DNA of 64,000 nt, taken from positions 257,052,001-257,116,000 of the forward strand of contig OZ024740.1 in assembly GCA_964016885.1 (NCBI GenBank). Direction: 5' to 3'. Below, piece by piece: positions 39,334-52,715 of the stretch; positions within the stretch are counted from its first letter, which is position 1, and every line of letters starts with the position of its first letter. This DNA is from Eledone cirrhosa. Taxonomy: Eukaryota. Position numbers and translations under genes: made by a program. The notes under the pieces are model-generated. The model searched no databases, was not told the DNA's origin, and was given only the letters and a program-made list of their open reading frames with translations.

Positions 39334-39682
39334 TGTAAAAGTTCTATTTAAATTGTGAAGATACAACAAGCAGATATTTTTATAACTGATATAAAGCACT
39401 CAACAAATAATTGGAGTAAAAATACAATATTAACAAATGGAAACTATATTTATAAAACCATATTTATTTCAATATACATATTTCAAGAACACCAAGTTAA
39501 ATTATGGTGTGCTTTCTCTTTCTCTTTTCTCCGTAACCCAACGGCTTATTTAAAAATATCCAATACTAACTTACCTAATAGTATAATTAAAGATATAACT
39601 CCACTACCCGGGAGCTTCCAACAGTAATGGTTGCATTCTTAAGGGTATGTCAATATTTATTTATAAAACTGCTCTATATTAT

Positions 39683-39745
39683 ATTTTATCTGACGAAAGC
39701 ACACCATAATTTAACTTAGTGACCTTGAAATATGTATAATGAAAT
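39683..39745 (+). ncRNA. Type I hammerhead inside fold-back insert 39335-39790
   Basis: attttat-CTGACGA-AAGCAC...GTGacCTT-GAAA-TATGTA-TA-atgaaat; partial inverted copy at about 39425-39514. Confidence 0.8.
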
Positions 39746-40264
39746 AAATATGGTTTTATAAATATAGTTTCCATTTGTTAATATCGTATATATATATATA
39801 TATATTTATTTATTTATTTATCTATTTATATCGTTCAAGGAGGCAAGAAACAGTGGTACAACATGTCTTATTAGTTTCACACTTTATATTGGAAAGTGTA
39901 AAGAAAGATCGTCGTGTCTGTCTTAAGCCTTTCTCCAAAATATAGACAGGATCACAGTAGAGAAAAAAAAGGTCCGAGTATAGATAAAATAATTCGAAAA
40001 TGAAGATATATATTACATCTCGCACAGCACTTTGGTTGTTGCAAACGCTGGGAAATCAAGGTGGAGCAGCAATACCATTGCTAGTGGTCGAAACTGCCAA
40101 ATCCCCTCTCAAAGGCTGAAGACTCTGGGCTTCTCTGTCTTTCATTTGTATTTTTGTTTCCAAAATATATTTTTCTAATCTTTCCCCTTCAAAATATTGT
40201 TTTTGCTTTTGCGTTGATTTCATTCGTTGTCTTGCCTTCTATCTATCTTTGTTAATTTTCGAAG

Positions 40265-40329
<65 letters not shown>

Positions 40330-40361
40330 CACCTTGGAAAATTATATATATATATTAATAA

Positions 40362-40410
<49 letters not shown>

Positions 40411-40415
<5 letters not shown>

Positions 40416-41537
40416 GGAAAAAATGAAACGAAATTTCATTTCTCACTCTTAGTACCGCTCTTACTTAAATATATGTATGTATACGTACATACTTATATGT
40501 ATACAGACGTCAAGTAGTATGTATATATATACATACATGCACACATATAGATATGTACGTATGGATTTACCGAACATTTATTATAAAGCTCGGTGTGTTT
40601 GTAAACAAACATACCGAATTAAGCCGTACAGTGTTTAGCAACCATCGTTCCCCTTTTGTTCAACACTGACAAAGGAACGATGTACTAGTTTCAAGCTTAT
40701 TAGCTATCGTCAGCACCGTATACCTTCCTGCCAGATGATTGAACGTGTGAAGTATATACTTTCCTTATGCATATTAACGGCTGAGCAGCCTACTTTGTAT
40801 ATCGAGTGAGTTAATCGGCCGGGCACACCGAAATCGATAAACGGAAAAAATGAAACGAAATTTCATTTCTCATATATATATGTGTGCATGTATGTATATA
40901 TATACATACTACTTTACGTCTGTATACATATATGTATGTACGTATACATACTTATATTTAAGTAACAGCCGTACTAAGAGTGAGAAATGAAATTTCGCTT
41001 CATTTTTTCCGTTTATCGTTTTCGGTGCGCTCGGCCGATTAACCCACTCGATATGCAAATTAGGCTGCTCTGCCGTTAATATGCATAAGGAAAGTATATA
41101 CTTCACACGTTCAATCATCTGGCAGGAAGGTGTAGGTGCTGACGATAGCTAATAAGCTAGAAACTAGTACATCGTTCCTTTGTCAGTGTTGAACAAAAGG
41201 GCAACGATGGTTGCTAAACACTGTACGGCTTAATTCGGGATTTTTTGTTTACAAACACACCGAGCATTATAATAAATGTTAGGTAAATCCATACGTACAT
41301 ATATATATATATATATATATATAAGTGTGCATGTATGTATATATATACATACTACTGTACGTCTGTATACATATATGTATGTACGTATACATACTTATAT
41401 TTAAGTAACAGCCGTAGTAAGAGTGAGAAATTAAATTTCGTATCATTTTTTCCGTTTATCGTCTTCCGTGCGCCCGGCCGATTAACTCACTCGATATGCA
41501 AATTAGGCTACTCAGCCGTTAATATGCATAAGGAAAG
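40411..41537. mobile_element. 431-bp-unit retrozyme-like tandem/fold-back array, interrupted by the Gypsy element
   Basis: Same family as 7492-8670; flips orientation near 40870; HHRs at 40678-40718 (-) and 41134-41174 (+). Confidence 0.85.
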
Positions 41538-42292
41538 TTTAGACAAGCGATGGTCTTCAGTCATCCCGTCTAATTGGATAGTGTTTACTGGCACATAGTC
41601 AAAGAAGGAATAAGGAACATACCTCAATTTTATGTTATAAAAACATCTTTTATATAGGAGCAATTACAGAATATATACAAATATATTAGTGCTCCTAGGT
41701 GGGGATATATTTAAGTCGTCATATACTGCCGATGGTGTGATGTCATCCTTTGGATCACTGCATGTAGATAGCACGATAGAGATAGCACGTCTATTTACCC
41801 CGAGGAGATCATCGTTTAATAAATATTGTTTCAGCTACTGACGTCAGAACGTGACGTCAGAACTTAGGGCAGTTATCGACTGCTTTCACAGTCGACGCTA
41901 GATGGCGTGATCTTCTACATGACCCCCGACCAGATTTTTAGAAAATTAAATAAAGATCGGTTCATCGAATCATGTATGTAAAAAAACCGATTAGCAACCA
42001 GCAAAAATCCCAAACCAAGGAGCAATCAGCCCAACCGAGCGTGAAAGGCACAACAAATTTCAAAAATACACATAAAACAAGCATGCAAGAAGGTGAAAGG
42101 AAACAACATATGTAATAAAATGTAAATCCAATTTCCTAAAAGTTCCAATAGTCACTACAGGATTAAAGCGCCGCACAATAGCAGTTTATAAATATACCAT
42201 GCTACACAGTTTTTTGGGCCTAACCCTCCGACCGGAACGGGTCGTAGTCTTATATCTTGGTTATGGGGGGGGGGGAAGAAACAGGTGTGTGT

Positions 42293-45070
42293 TTACAAAA
42301 GGAAAGATGGGGGTGTATGTGTCTCAGGTCTGTGAGCATCTGTGTGGGCCCGTTTAAGTCTATCAACCACAATGGTCTCTCGGGATCCCTTAATGTCTAC
42401 AGCGAAATGTTTATCAGAACGAGCCAACACACGGTAGGGTCCACAGTAGGGTTGTGTGAGAGGTGGTTTCACGGCATCGTTTCTCACAAACACATGGGTC
42501 CACGAGGCAATATCCCTCGGGACTGCAAATTTTACAGTTTGCTTCCTCGTATCCATCGGCGGCAGGTCCTGAAAATAAGAACGCAGACGGGTTACGTAGG
42601 AAAGCGGATCTTGTTCAGCAAGTTGTCGCTGGAAACGCTTCACCATTCCATTAGAGGCAGGATGATATGCAGTCGTTCGGATGCGTTTAGCGCCGATGAT
42701 TTTCGTTAATTTATGGAAGAGATTCGATTCAAACTGTCTTCCACGGTCCGTTGTAATCGTGGTTGGCACTCCAAAGCGGACAATCCATCCTGATACTAGT
42801 CGTTTCAGCAGTGATGTATTTCAAGGGGATAGCTTCACGCCATCGCGAAAAACGATAAATAACAGTCAATAGATAAGTATGACCACCACTGACTGGCCAA
42901 GGTCTCACGATGTCCACATGAATGTGCCAGAAACGGGCGTCCGAGCGGAGCCTTAACGTGTTTATGGATTTTCGATTTCTGGCAAGCGATGCAGGAACGG
43001 CACCAAGCAGTAATATCGCGCCTCATATTTGGCCAGAAGAATCTGTCTGTTATGAGCTTTACTGTGGCAAAAGATCCTAGGTGGGAAATGCTGTGTAAAG
43101 CAAGAAACACAATACGACGATGGCTTAGCGGGACGAATGGTCTCGGTGAATCCACAGAAACGTCGCAGAGAATCTGTCCGTCTGCGGTGGGCAATGGCAG
43201 GTATTTCAAATTACTCGTCGCAAATTCGGCTGATGTAATATCCAACGTTTCCAGTGCAGGTTGGTCTGCTGCCAAGTGATTTAAATCGATGTCGTGGGAT
43301 GACGCAATTGAATTGATCGGCAATCGAGACAGGGCGTCAGCCGCTGTGTTCAATGAGCCTGGAATGTGTTGGATGTCATTTGTGAATTGCGAGATAAAGT
43401 CGAGATGCCTTGTTTCTCTGGGCGAGTACTTGTCGAACTTTGCCATAAAAACGAAGGTCAAAGGTTTATGGTCAGTATAGATTGTAAAACACCTTCCATC
43501 GATAATATGTGAAAAATGTTTCACGGAAAGGTAGATGGCTAACAGCTCCCAGCCAAAAGTGCTGTAGCAATTTTCTGCAGGCTTCAACTTCCTGGAAAAA
43601 AATTCCAATGGTTGTTGGTGATCGTCACTACTCTGTTGTAAGACTGCACCCACTGCAGTATCCGACGCATCAACACAAAGCGAAAGCATTGGACACTGGG
43701 TGGACCAGCAAAGATGCACTAGACAATGCTGAATTTGCTTTTTGAAAATCCTCGAGCTGAGTCTGAGTCAAAGAGAGGTCCTTATTTTTCTTGTGGCAAT
43801 TTTTCAGAATCTGAGTAAGAGAGAAGAGTAGATTAGCACAAAGCGGAACAAAACGTCTATAGAAATGTATCAGTCCTAGGAATTGTCGCAACTGACGAAG
43901 TGAGGTCGGCGGAGGCAAATCCTCTATATCCTGAACTCATTGAGGGAGGGGTCGAATACCCTTGGAGTCAATGATATGACCTAAAAAATTCAGCGATTCC
44001 GCACCGAAAACACATTTTGTGATATTTATTTGAAGACTGTAATCCTTGAGTCGACAAAACAAAAGATTCAAATGACGTATGTGTTCTCTGGAGGAACTAG
44101 CAATAAGCAGATCGTCAATGTAAGTGTAGACGAAGTCTAAAACACGAGTGACCTCATCCATAAACCGTTGAAAGGTGCTAGCAGCATTCCTACGTCCGAA
44201 AGGCATGGTAAGAAATTCGAATGATCCAAATTGAGGCGTAATGGCCGTTTTCAGAATATCTTCTTTCTTGACAGGAATCTGATGATAGGCTCGCACCAAA
44301 TCGAGCTTCGAGAATATTTTACATCCCTGCAATGACGATGCAAAATCTTGCAGGTGTTGAATAGGATATCTATACGGGACAGTTATAGCTTTTAACTTCC
44401 TATAATCCCCAGTGGGTCTCCAGTCGCCAGAAGTCTTGGGTATCATGTGCAACGGAGAAGCCCAAGGGCTCGTAGAAGTGCGAATTATGCCTAGCTGCAG
44501 CATGTGGTCAAACTCGGACCGTGCTGCCTTCAAATTGTCCGCAGGGAAGCGACGAGGACGTAAGAACACTGGGGCGCCAGTTGTAGAGATAAAATGCTCC
44601 GTTGTGTGAGTTGGTTCGACAACTCGAAAATTTCCCTGAGTAAGCTGTGGGAAAGAATTCAACAATGCATGATAGGGATTCCCAGCATTAGCGATGAAAA
44701 AGGTCGGGCTAACTGTTGGAAAATTAGCTTTCTAGCCACGAAGAGAAAAACCAGTAATGTCATCAGTAGATGACATTACTGGTTTTTCTCTGACGTCCAC
44801 CGTCAATGCAAACTGGTGTAGAAAATCCGCTCCCAAGATCGGATATGGTAGGTCAGCACTCCATTTGAATTCTCGTCGAAGATTTCTGAATTGCAGAGGA
44901 AGCGAGATTTGTCCAAAAGTCTGTATCAGCGAATGATTGACAGCTTGTAGATTCATTGATGACCCAGGAGGAGTTATTGTCATACAATTGACAGGCCAAA
45001 TACTGCACGAAGCTCCTGAGTATACGAGGAAGGCTCTTCCAGACAGGAGGTCCTCTATGAAGAAATGGCG
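42293..45070 (-). pseudogene. Gypsy pol (protease, RT, RNase H, integrase), frameshifted
   Basis: FLVYSGASCS / PILGADFL (PR); [21 protein letters not shown] (RT); DASDTAVGAVL, YTDHKPL (RH); H2C2 and [10 protein letters not shown] (IN). Confidence 0.93.
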
Positions 45071-45189
45071 GTTCTGTTGTGTCTCGCAGAGTTCATTTGC
45101 CGCCTTTAGTGACTCTGATCTACATTTCCCGAAGCTGAATATTTACATGGAGGCCGGCAATTGTTTGCCTTATCCGTGAAGGTGGCATG

Positions 45190-45885
45190 ATACCAGCAAA
45201 ATAATGGATTGCTGGCGGGCGAATTAGTATGCTGACGTGGAGTCGCGAAAGAACGCGAACGACTCCTAGGCCGCCAGGAATACGGGCTATTTATTCTCCC
45301 TGCATAATCGAGCGACTTGCTACGTCAAAGTGTCAATAGCCTTCAACATGGCATCCTTGAGTGTCGAGACGGGCAGGTTCAAATGAGAGGAAGCAACATG
45401 CGAGTCCGAGGCGGTAGCCTTTTTAAAAAATTCCACGATTCGATCTGCGGAGGCAACAATTTGCTCCAAAGAGCTGGTGTCCACTATATTTGCCAAAATA
45501 ATTTGAACGTTGTTTGGCAGGCGAGAGAAAAATATTTTTTTAATAAAGGAATTATCATGTTCAGGCGATTCACTGAGGTCCCTAATGTGGCGCAAAAATT
45601 CGGACGGCGACCTATCGCCTAGACACTCATCCTCCAACAATGAACGAAATCTGCTCTCAGCAGAACGACTGTCCCTTCGAAGAATTTCTTCCCGCAACGA
45701 ATCATAAGAAATACTAGCCGACGGGTTCGTAATCAAATCTTTCACTGTTACAGTGAGTGAAGAAGGAATACCACTTATCAAAAAGTTGAGCTTTTCTCGG
45801 TTTTTATTTCGTTGGCAGCAAAATAAGCGTCCAGCTGCACAAACCAGAGTTTAGTATCACCTGAGAATGCAGGCAAACCAGGACC
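45190..45885 (-). pseudogene. Gypsy gag remnant
   Basis: LPAFSGDTKLWFVQLDAYF, LGDRSPSEFLRHIRDL..FFSRLP..ADRIVE, CWYH knuckle remnant near 45190. Confidence 0.85.
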
Positions 45886-46586
45886 ACTCATCGTCAATCT
45901 ATTACCGCATGGACGAATAAAAGTAAGTAATGTTCAAAACTACGGGAAAACAGCACAATTGGTGGTATCTGTGATTCGAGATAGTCATTATGAAACAAGA
46001 TAGCGTCGCATTTCTTTGCCAAAACAAGGATATGGTCGCGTGACGAGGCTAAGCCAATCGGATGGCTGCATTTGAAGAAGAAAGACAATGTGCGGGAAGG
46101 TTAGCTGTGTGTGCAATGTGTAAGACGAACAATTTTCTATTTAAAAACGAATGGTGAAATTAAGCAGGCTCCGTTTCATATTTAATTGTCGAGGGTCACG
46201 ACTTTAGACAGGCGATGGTCGTCAGTCATCCCGTCTAATTGGATAGTGTTTACTGGCACATAGTCAAAGAAGGAAAAAGGAACATACCTCAATTTTATGT
46301 TATGAAAACATCTTTTATATAGGAGCAATTACAGAATATATACAAATACATTAGTGCTCCTAGGTTGGGATATATGTAAGTCGTCATATACTGCCGCATG
46401 GTGTGATGTCATCCTTTGGATCACTGCATGTAGATAGCACGATCGAGATAGTAAGTCTATTCACCCTGAGGAGATCATCGTTTAATAAATATTGTTTCAG
46501 CTACTGACGTCAGAACGTGATGTCAGAACTTAGGGCAGTTAATCGACTGCCTTCACAGTCGACGCTAGATGGCGTGATCTTCTATA

Positions 46587-46925
46587 TTTAAGTAACAGCC
46601 GTACTAAGAGTGAGTAATGTAATTTCGTTTCATTTTTTCCGTTTATCGTTTTAAGTGCGCCCGGCCGATTAACTCATTCGATATGCAAATTAGGCTGCTC
46701 AGCCGTTAATATGCATAAAGAAAGTATATACTTTCAGACGTTCAATCATCTGGCAGGAAGGTATGCGGTGCTGACGATAGCTAATAAGCTTGAAACTAGT
46801 ACATCGTTCCTTTGTCAGTGTTGAACAAAAGGGCAACGATGGTTGCTAAGCACTGTACGGCTTAATTCGGTATGTTTGTTTACAAACACACCGAGCAGTA
46901 TAATAAATGTTCGGTAAATCCATAC

Positions 46926-46982
<57 letters not shown>

Positions 46983-47044
46983 CATGTATGTAAATATACA
47001 TACTACTGTACGTTTGTATACATATATGTATGTACGTATACATA

Positions 47045-47050
<6 letters not shown>
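46587..47050 (+). mobile_element. Continuation of the 431-bp retrozyme-like array; HHR at 46766-46806
   Basis: cggtg-CTGACGA-T-AGCT-aata-AGCT-T-GAAA-CTAG-TA-catcg. Confidence 0.85.
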
Positions 47051-47112
<62 letters not shown>

Positions 47113-47191
47113 AATATACATGTATATATATATATATATACATATATGTATATATATATATATATATAGTATATATATATATACATATATA

Positions 47192-47241
<50 letters not shown>

Positions 47242-47316
47242 AAAGGAATTGTGGTAACGAACCAGATGGTAAGAATACAAACATATATATATATATATAT
47301 ATATTGTAATTAACAA

Positions 47317-47377
<61 letters not shown>

Positions 47378-47382
<5 letters not shown>

Positions 47383-48205
47383 ATACTTTGGGAGGGTCAT
47401 GTTGCCAATAAGAAACACACGCACCAGTTGCTGTCACTTCAATTTATTATAATAAATTCATAAATTTAGGAATTTATAAATTTCTGGTTGGTTGGTTGGT
47501 TCCATAACCAGATATTTGTTTATATATTGTCAAAGTTCTTTCGTCACACATTCTGTGACCTCTTCAGTGACTTGGGATTCTTTTCTTTGTTTTTGTGCCG
47601 CTCCTTTGTTCTGTCCTACGCCATTTTGTTTCTGTGTGTGTGTTGTGTGCTCAGTCTGCGCATGCGCCACATCCGGGTGTCTGTGTGTGTTTATATTCGT
47701 TTATTTGTTTGTTTATTTACATGTTATCGGTTGGTTGTTTGTTCTATGTGCGTGTGTGTTTTCATTTTGTCTTTAATTGTAAGTTGTGATGTTGCTGTTC
47801 CACTCATATTTTCTATTTAATTTTGGTTGTAATTCATTTATGTTTATTGCCTCTGTGATTTGTCTAAACATTGCGTCTTTTCTGTGTGTAGATTCTATTT
47901 TTATTTCTATGTTCTCTAATTTACCCGTATGTTCTATTTTAGCATGTTGGTAGAGTACAGATGATTCTTTACTATCTTGAAGGTCTCGCCAGTGTTCATT
48001 ATCCGTTGCCCTACACTACGAGCTGTCTCACCTATGTACACTATATTTTTGTCTCTACATTGTCCTTCAGTACATCTTATCCTATATACTACATTTCTAG
48101 TTTTACAGTTAATATGGGGTCTTATTTTACAGGTTATACATTCTTATCTATACAGGGGGGTCTTGCTAATAAGTGCTTTTACGGAGGTACCAAATTCAGA
48201 AACGA
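47378..48205 (-). mobile_element. PLE family 2-related 3' fragment (GIY-YIG end + 3' UTR); HHR at 47529-47571
   Basis: RNVVYRIRCTEGQC..VYIGETARSVGQRI; gtca-CTGAAGA-G-GTCACA-gaatg-TGTGAC-GAAA-GAAC-TT-tgac. Confidence 0.85.
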
Positions 48206-48230
48206 AATATATATATATATATATATATAT

Positions 48231-51200
48231 ACCAAAGGAATTGTGGTAAGGAACCAGATGGTAAGTAACAACCACAATGGTAGAAATAACAGTAACAACA
48301 ACAATAACGCTGAAGAAAACAACAACATACATCTAGCAATCACAGCAACAATGCATCTAGCAATCATAACAACAATACATCTAACAATCACAGCAACAAT
48401 ACATCTAGCAATCATAACAATAATAATAATACTAATGATAGGAACAACAACAACCACCATAATAACAATAATAGCAACACACACAACTATGACGATAGAT
48501 ATAATGACAACCCCTTAGAGAAACCATTCTTCAACCCAGCTGACAAAACATATAAGATGGGTAATATTTATCCTACGAGGTTACCCTTTAATAAAAGAGT
48601 TTGCATACCACAACAAATAGATGACGAGACAGAGGCACAGTTCACCATAGCTAGAAATAAGATTAGACAAATAGTAGACCGGTACACTAAGAGACAGAGC
48701 AGACCAGAGGTCCAACAACTTGGGAGGAAACCTGTAGAAGGCTTGGTTAGCATCAAGCAGTGCACAAGGGATGGTGAGGTAGTATGTCTAACCCACGGAT
48801 AAGTCTAGTAGGATGTCAATAGACAGCATACCGAACTACATCAAGGCTATGCAACCCCACATCCCCAACACGAGCGAAATTGCACAGCAAATACATGACG
48901 GGAAAGAGAAAATCCTCAACGCTCACATGATGATGTGGACCGACATCCTAAAGCCAAGCAGACGCACTGCCAACAACTTCCAGGCGTCTAACAATGTATG
49001 GGCTCAGCAAAGACCACAAGACAGTCGACGACCCGACAACAGGACCACGAACAAGACCCGTATGCGGAACAAATATAGCTAGCAACTACAGGATCTCCTA
49101 CTTACTCTCAATGGTTATATGCCCCACAATCAAGATGTCCCCAGATGTATGTGACAGTACAGAGGACCTCCTCAGCAGAATCAGTGAGTGCAACAAAATC
49201 AGGAACCTATCCAACTGCATAATAGGCAGCATGGATGTGGTATCACTGTACCCATCCATTAACATGGATTTTGCTGTGGAAAAATGTGTGGAGATGATCA
49301 TTGAGAGTGAGGTGGAGTTCTGCGACGTCGACACAGACGAACTGGGTCTCCTACTTAGACTTACCTACGACACTGACTACCTAGACAGCCATGACCTTAG
49401 ACGTTTCAGCCCCAGTAGACCTATAAGAGGTAGACCCCCTACAATAACCTCAATGGCTAAAAAGACTCCCATGGGAAGGTGGATTGGGTGGACCAAAGCT
49501 ATACGGACCCCCCAAAACAATGATCAGGTAAGAAAAATGGTCCCACATGCAATAGGGGCTAGTATCAAAACTAACTTAAGGGCCACATATTCACGTTCAA
49601 CGAGAAGATCTACACCCAAAATGAGGGAGCAGGCATTGGCGTCAGCATAGCTGGTGACGTTGCCAACCTTTTTATGGTATGGTGGGAAAGGAGACTTAAA
49701 GATCTCCTTAATGAGAGCCCCCATAGACCTCATCATGTACTCTCGTTACGTAGACGATATCAATATAGTTATAAGAATATCCCCACAAGAGAGCACTAAC
49801 AAGTTTGATTTAGAACGTAGCACAATGGAAAGCATCCAGCAGATAGCTAATTCCATACACCAGAGTATAACTGTAACTATCGACTACCCTCCCAAACACC
49901 CTAACAATAGACTACGTGTATTAGACACGGAACTCTGGATTAACACTATAGACGAGAGAGCCCAAATTCTCCACTCACACTATGCTAAACCCATGGCCTC
50001 CAAATACCAGATACTCAAAACTCAGCAATGTCCAGTAATGCTAAGTTTAATATTCTGATCGCCGACTTGGTACGAGTGATGAAGAACGTGTCTCGTATGT
50101 GCGACCCAACAGAAATGGAAAGACACATCCAACACTTCATCAACCGCATGCAGTTCTCTGGCTACAACCATAGAGACGGAATCAGAGTATACAAAGGAGC
50201 CACGGAGAAGTATAAGAGCCTCATAGAACTGGACATTTGCCCATTATACAGGAGCAAATCATGGAATAGCTTAGATAGGGCTAGACATAAGATAGGGAAA
50301 GCCACCTCATGGTACGACAACCAGAGATCCCAGAGTGTCATGTTTGTGGACGCTACCCCTTGAGGGAAATTAGCTAACCAGTGTAAAAAGGCCCGGAGAA
50401 AGACCCACTTAAAGATTAAGGTGGTAAAAAAGCCAGGAACCACCATAAAATCCCTTATCAGCAAAACCTACCCTTTTAAGAAAACCCACTGTACTAATAG
50501 GAAATGTATTATATGTAAGGTAAACCCCGGATAAACTGTAAAACTAGAAACGTAGTCTATAGCATAAGATGTACAGAGGGTACTTGCAGAAATATGACAA
50601 CACCATACATAGGCGAGACAGCTCGTAGCATAGGTGAAAGGATAGACCAACACTGGGGGGACTAAAAGGACGAAAAAACGGTTCAGTACTATACAAACAT
50701 TCCAGACAACAACACTACGGTAACATAGACAACATAGAAATTACAATAATATCTAAACATAGAAATGACCCAGCAAATAGGCAAATCAGAGAGGCCAGTG
50801 AAATAGAACTTAAAGGCCAAGGCTAAACAGAAAAAAATGAATGGAATAACAACAACACCCAAACAAACAACACTGACATAAGAGAAGTATAAATAAATAA
50901 ATAAATAGATAAATAAATAAATACATACACAAGCACAATATAAACAAACACATATAAACACACACTTGTAAAGATAGAATACATTAACCAATACAGTCAC
51001 CCAATCACGAACACACATCAAACAAAACACTATACACACACGCAAACGCATGCGCAAAGAAGACAAAAAAAATAAACAAATAAATAAGTATATAAATAGA
51101 CTAAATAAAGATGACGTAGAAAATACAATGCAACGGGAGGAAACAATAGCACCACTGACGATGTTGCAGAAGTGCAACGAAAAACTTTGATAAACTATAT

Positions 51201-51396
51201 ATATGTGTTTGTGTATATATTGTATCTGTGTTTTTGACCGTTGGTCAGTCAATGGCAACATTGAGGACCGAATAAATTAAATTACTGATATAAAAGACGC
51301 AGAAGCGAAAAACGAAAACCAACCAAACAGTGAGTGTGTTCTGTTATTAATTCTGGCAATATTACACAAATATGACCCTCCCCAAGTATAACAATA
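48231..51396 (+). mobile_element. PLE family 2, long degenerate copy (RT + C-terminal GIY-YIG); HHR at 51151-51192
   Basis: MYGLSKDHK..TRPVCG, IGSMDVVSLYPSI, YSRYVDDI, VLDTELW, RMQFSGY, YIGETARSIGERI; CTGACGA-T-GTTGCA-gaag-TGCAAC-GAAA; (TA)n at both ends. Confidence 0.9.
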
Positions 51397-51879
51397 TATA
51401 TATATTAAAATACAAATATTAATAAAATAGATGTTCTTTTATTAATATATTTATTTATATTTGTCTTTTAATATTAATAACTCTGGAAAAATATTTACTG
51501 TAGAGTGCTTCCAATCTACTGTAAAACTCATTGAATCTTGTTTAACTCTTTAATATATATATTGGAAAATGTATGAGATCCTCGGTACAGTTGGGTATAT
51601 TTGAAAAAAAGGAAAATAATGACTTCACTTGTAGTTCTAAACAATTTGATTTAATTTTATAATATTTAGACTAGATATATATATATATATATATATAATT
51701 TTATGTACACACGTACAGGCAAGTGTGCAAACACAAACACACAAATGCACATAAGCATATATATATATATATACATATATACATACGTATATAAATTGTT
51801 ATTGATAGAAGTATATATATGAATAATTAAAGCGTATGAATGCCTTTAAATATTTAATCATATATATAGATATACATGT

Positions 51880-52245
51880 CCGCACATGACTCCACACATA
51901 GAAACACCACCGCAATGATGACTGTTATCACCACCACAATCACTATTTTCACAGCCACCATTACCATTGATAAACATCACGTCCACAATCACTTCACTAG
52001 CAACATTATAACCACTAATCGCACCACAATTTTCACAAAAAACATTATCAGCAGCACCATCCTCATAATCCCCTCCGCCACCCCCATCAATACTACCATT
52101 GTCGCCAGCCCCATCGTTATCATCATCATCTTCAACAAAAACAACACTGTTGATAGGCTCCACTACACCACCTTCATCAACAACATAGACACCAGTAGCT
52201 CCATTCTTCTATTATACTACCAACAACCTACCGCCATCATTATAT
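51880..52245. repeat. Degenerate (ACC/ATC)n low-complexity tract
   Basis: Imperfect trinucleotide repeats producing spurious Thr/Ile and Gly/Asp-rich ORFs. Confidence 0.7.
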
Positions 52246-52274
52246 TAATGAATTTATTTTGATATAAAAACTAT

Positions 52275-52715
52275 TGTTTCTTCTTCTTCTTCTTCTTCTT
52301 TTTCTTCTTCTTCTACCTGGCAGGATCTTGGGGGGGGGGGTGTCCTCAAACATACCTTCTCGTAGGTCTTGTCAGAAGCAACGGTCTCCAACTGATCCGT
52401 TTGCATCCCAAGCGTGACCCGCCGCGTTCATGTATATTACACAACCATCCTGTTTGGGATCTATTCCTGAGTTTGCTTTCGATAGGTTTTGCCCTTAATA
52501 TCCGTTGAGCGATTCTTTCCTGATATATTCTAACTCTATGCACATAGTATCGGAGCTCTGTTCTCTCAATTCAGATACGTAGCGGCTCTACCTGCTGCGA
52601 TTCTCCGAGATACGCTCTCTATCAGGTTATGTTACTCCAAGATCCCTTCAGAGGAGCCCTATTTCGGCCGCTTGTCTTCGCGATCGTATTCTTTCAGTCA
52701 TTACAAAAGATTCAT
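52275..52715 (-). mobile_element. RTE-clade LINE 3' fragment with (GAA)n tail
   Basis: RIRSRRQAAEIG..VEPL..IERTELRY..VRIYQERIAQRILRAKP. Confidence 0.7.

Larger units (their letters stand above)
41538..46586 (-). mobile_element. Ty3/Gypsy LTR retrotransposon with both LTRs, coding region disrupted
   Basis: ~382-bp LTRs at 41538-41919 and 46203-46586 (roughly 95% identical by eye); gag-PR-RT-RH-IN order; PBS-like tcgtgaccctcgac next to the 5' LTR. Confidence 0.97.

Noticed and set aside
40060-40130. GAAACTGC followed by CTGAAGA as a second permuted hammerhead
   Set aside because: No UH triplet in register, no stem I or II pairing, and only one copy.
51858-52262. Gly/Asp-rich and Thr/Ile-rich ORFs
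   Set aside because: Decayed trinucleotide repeat.
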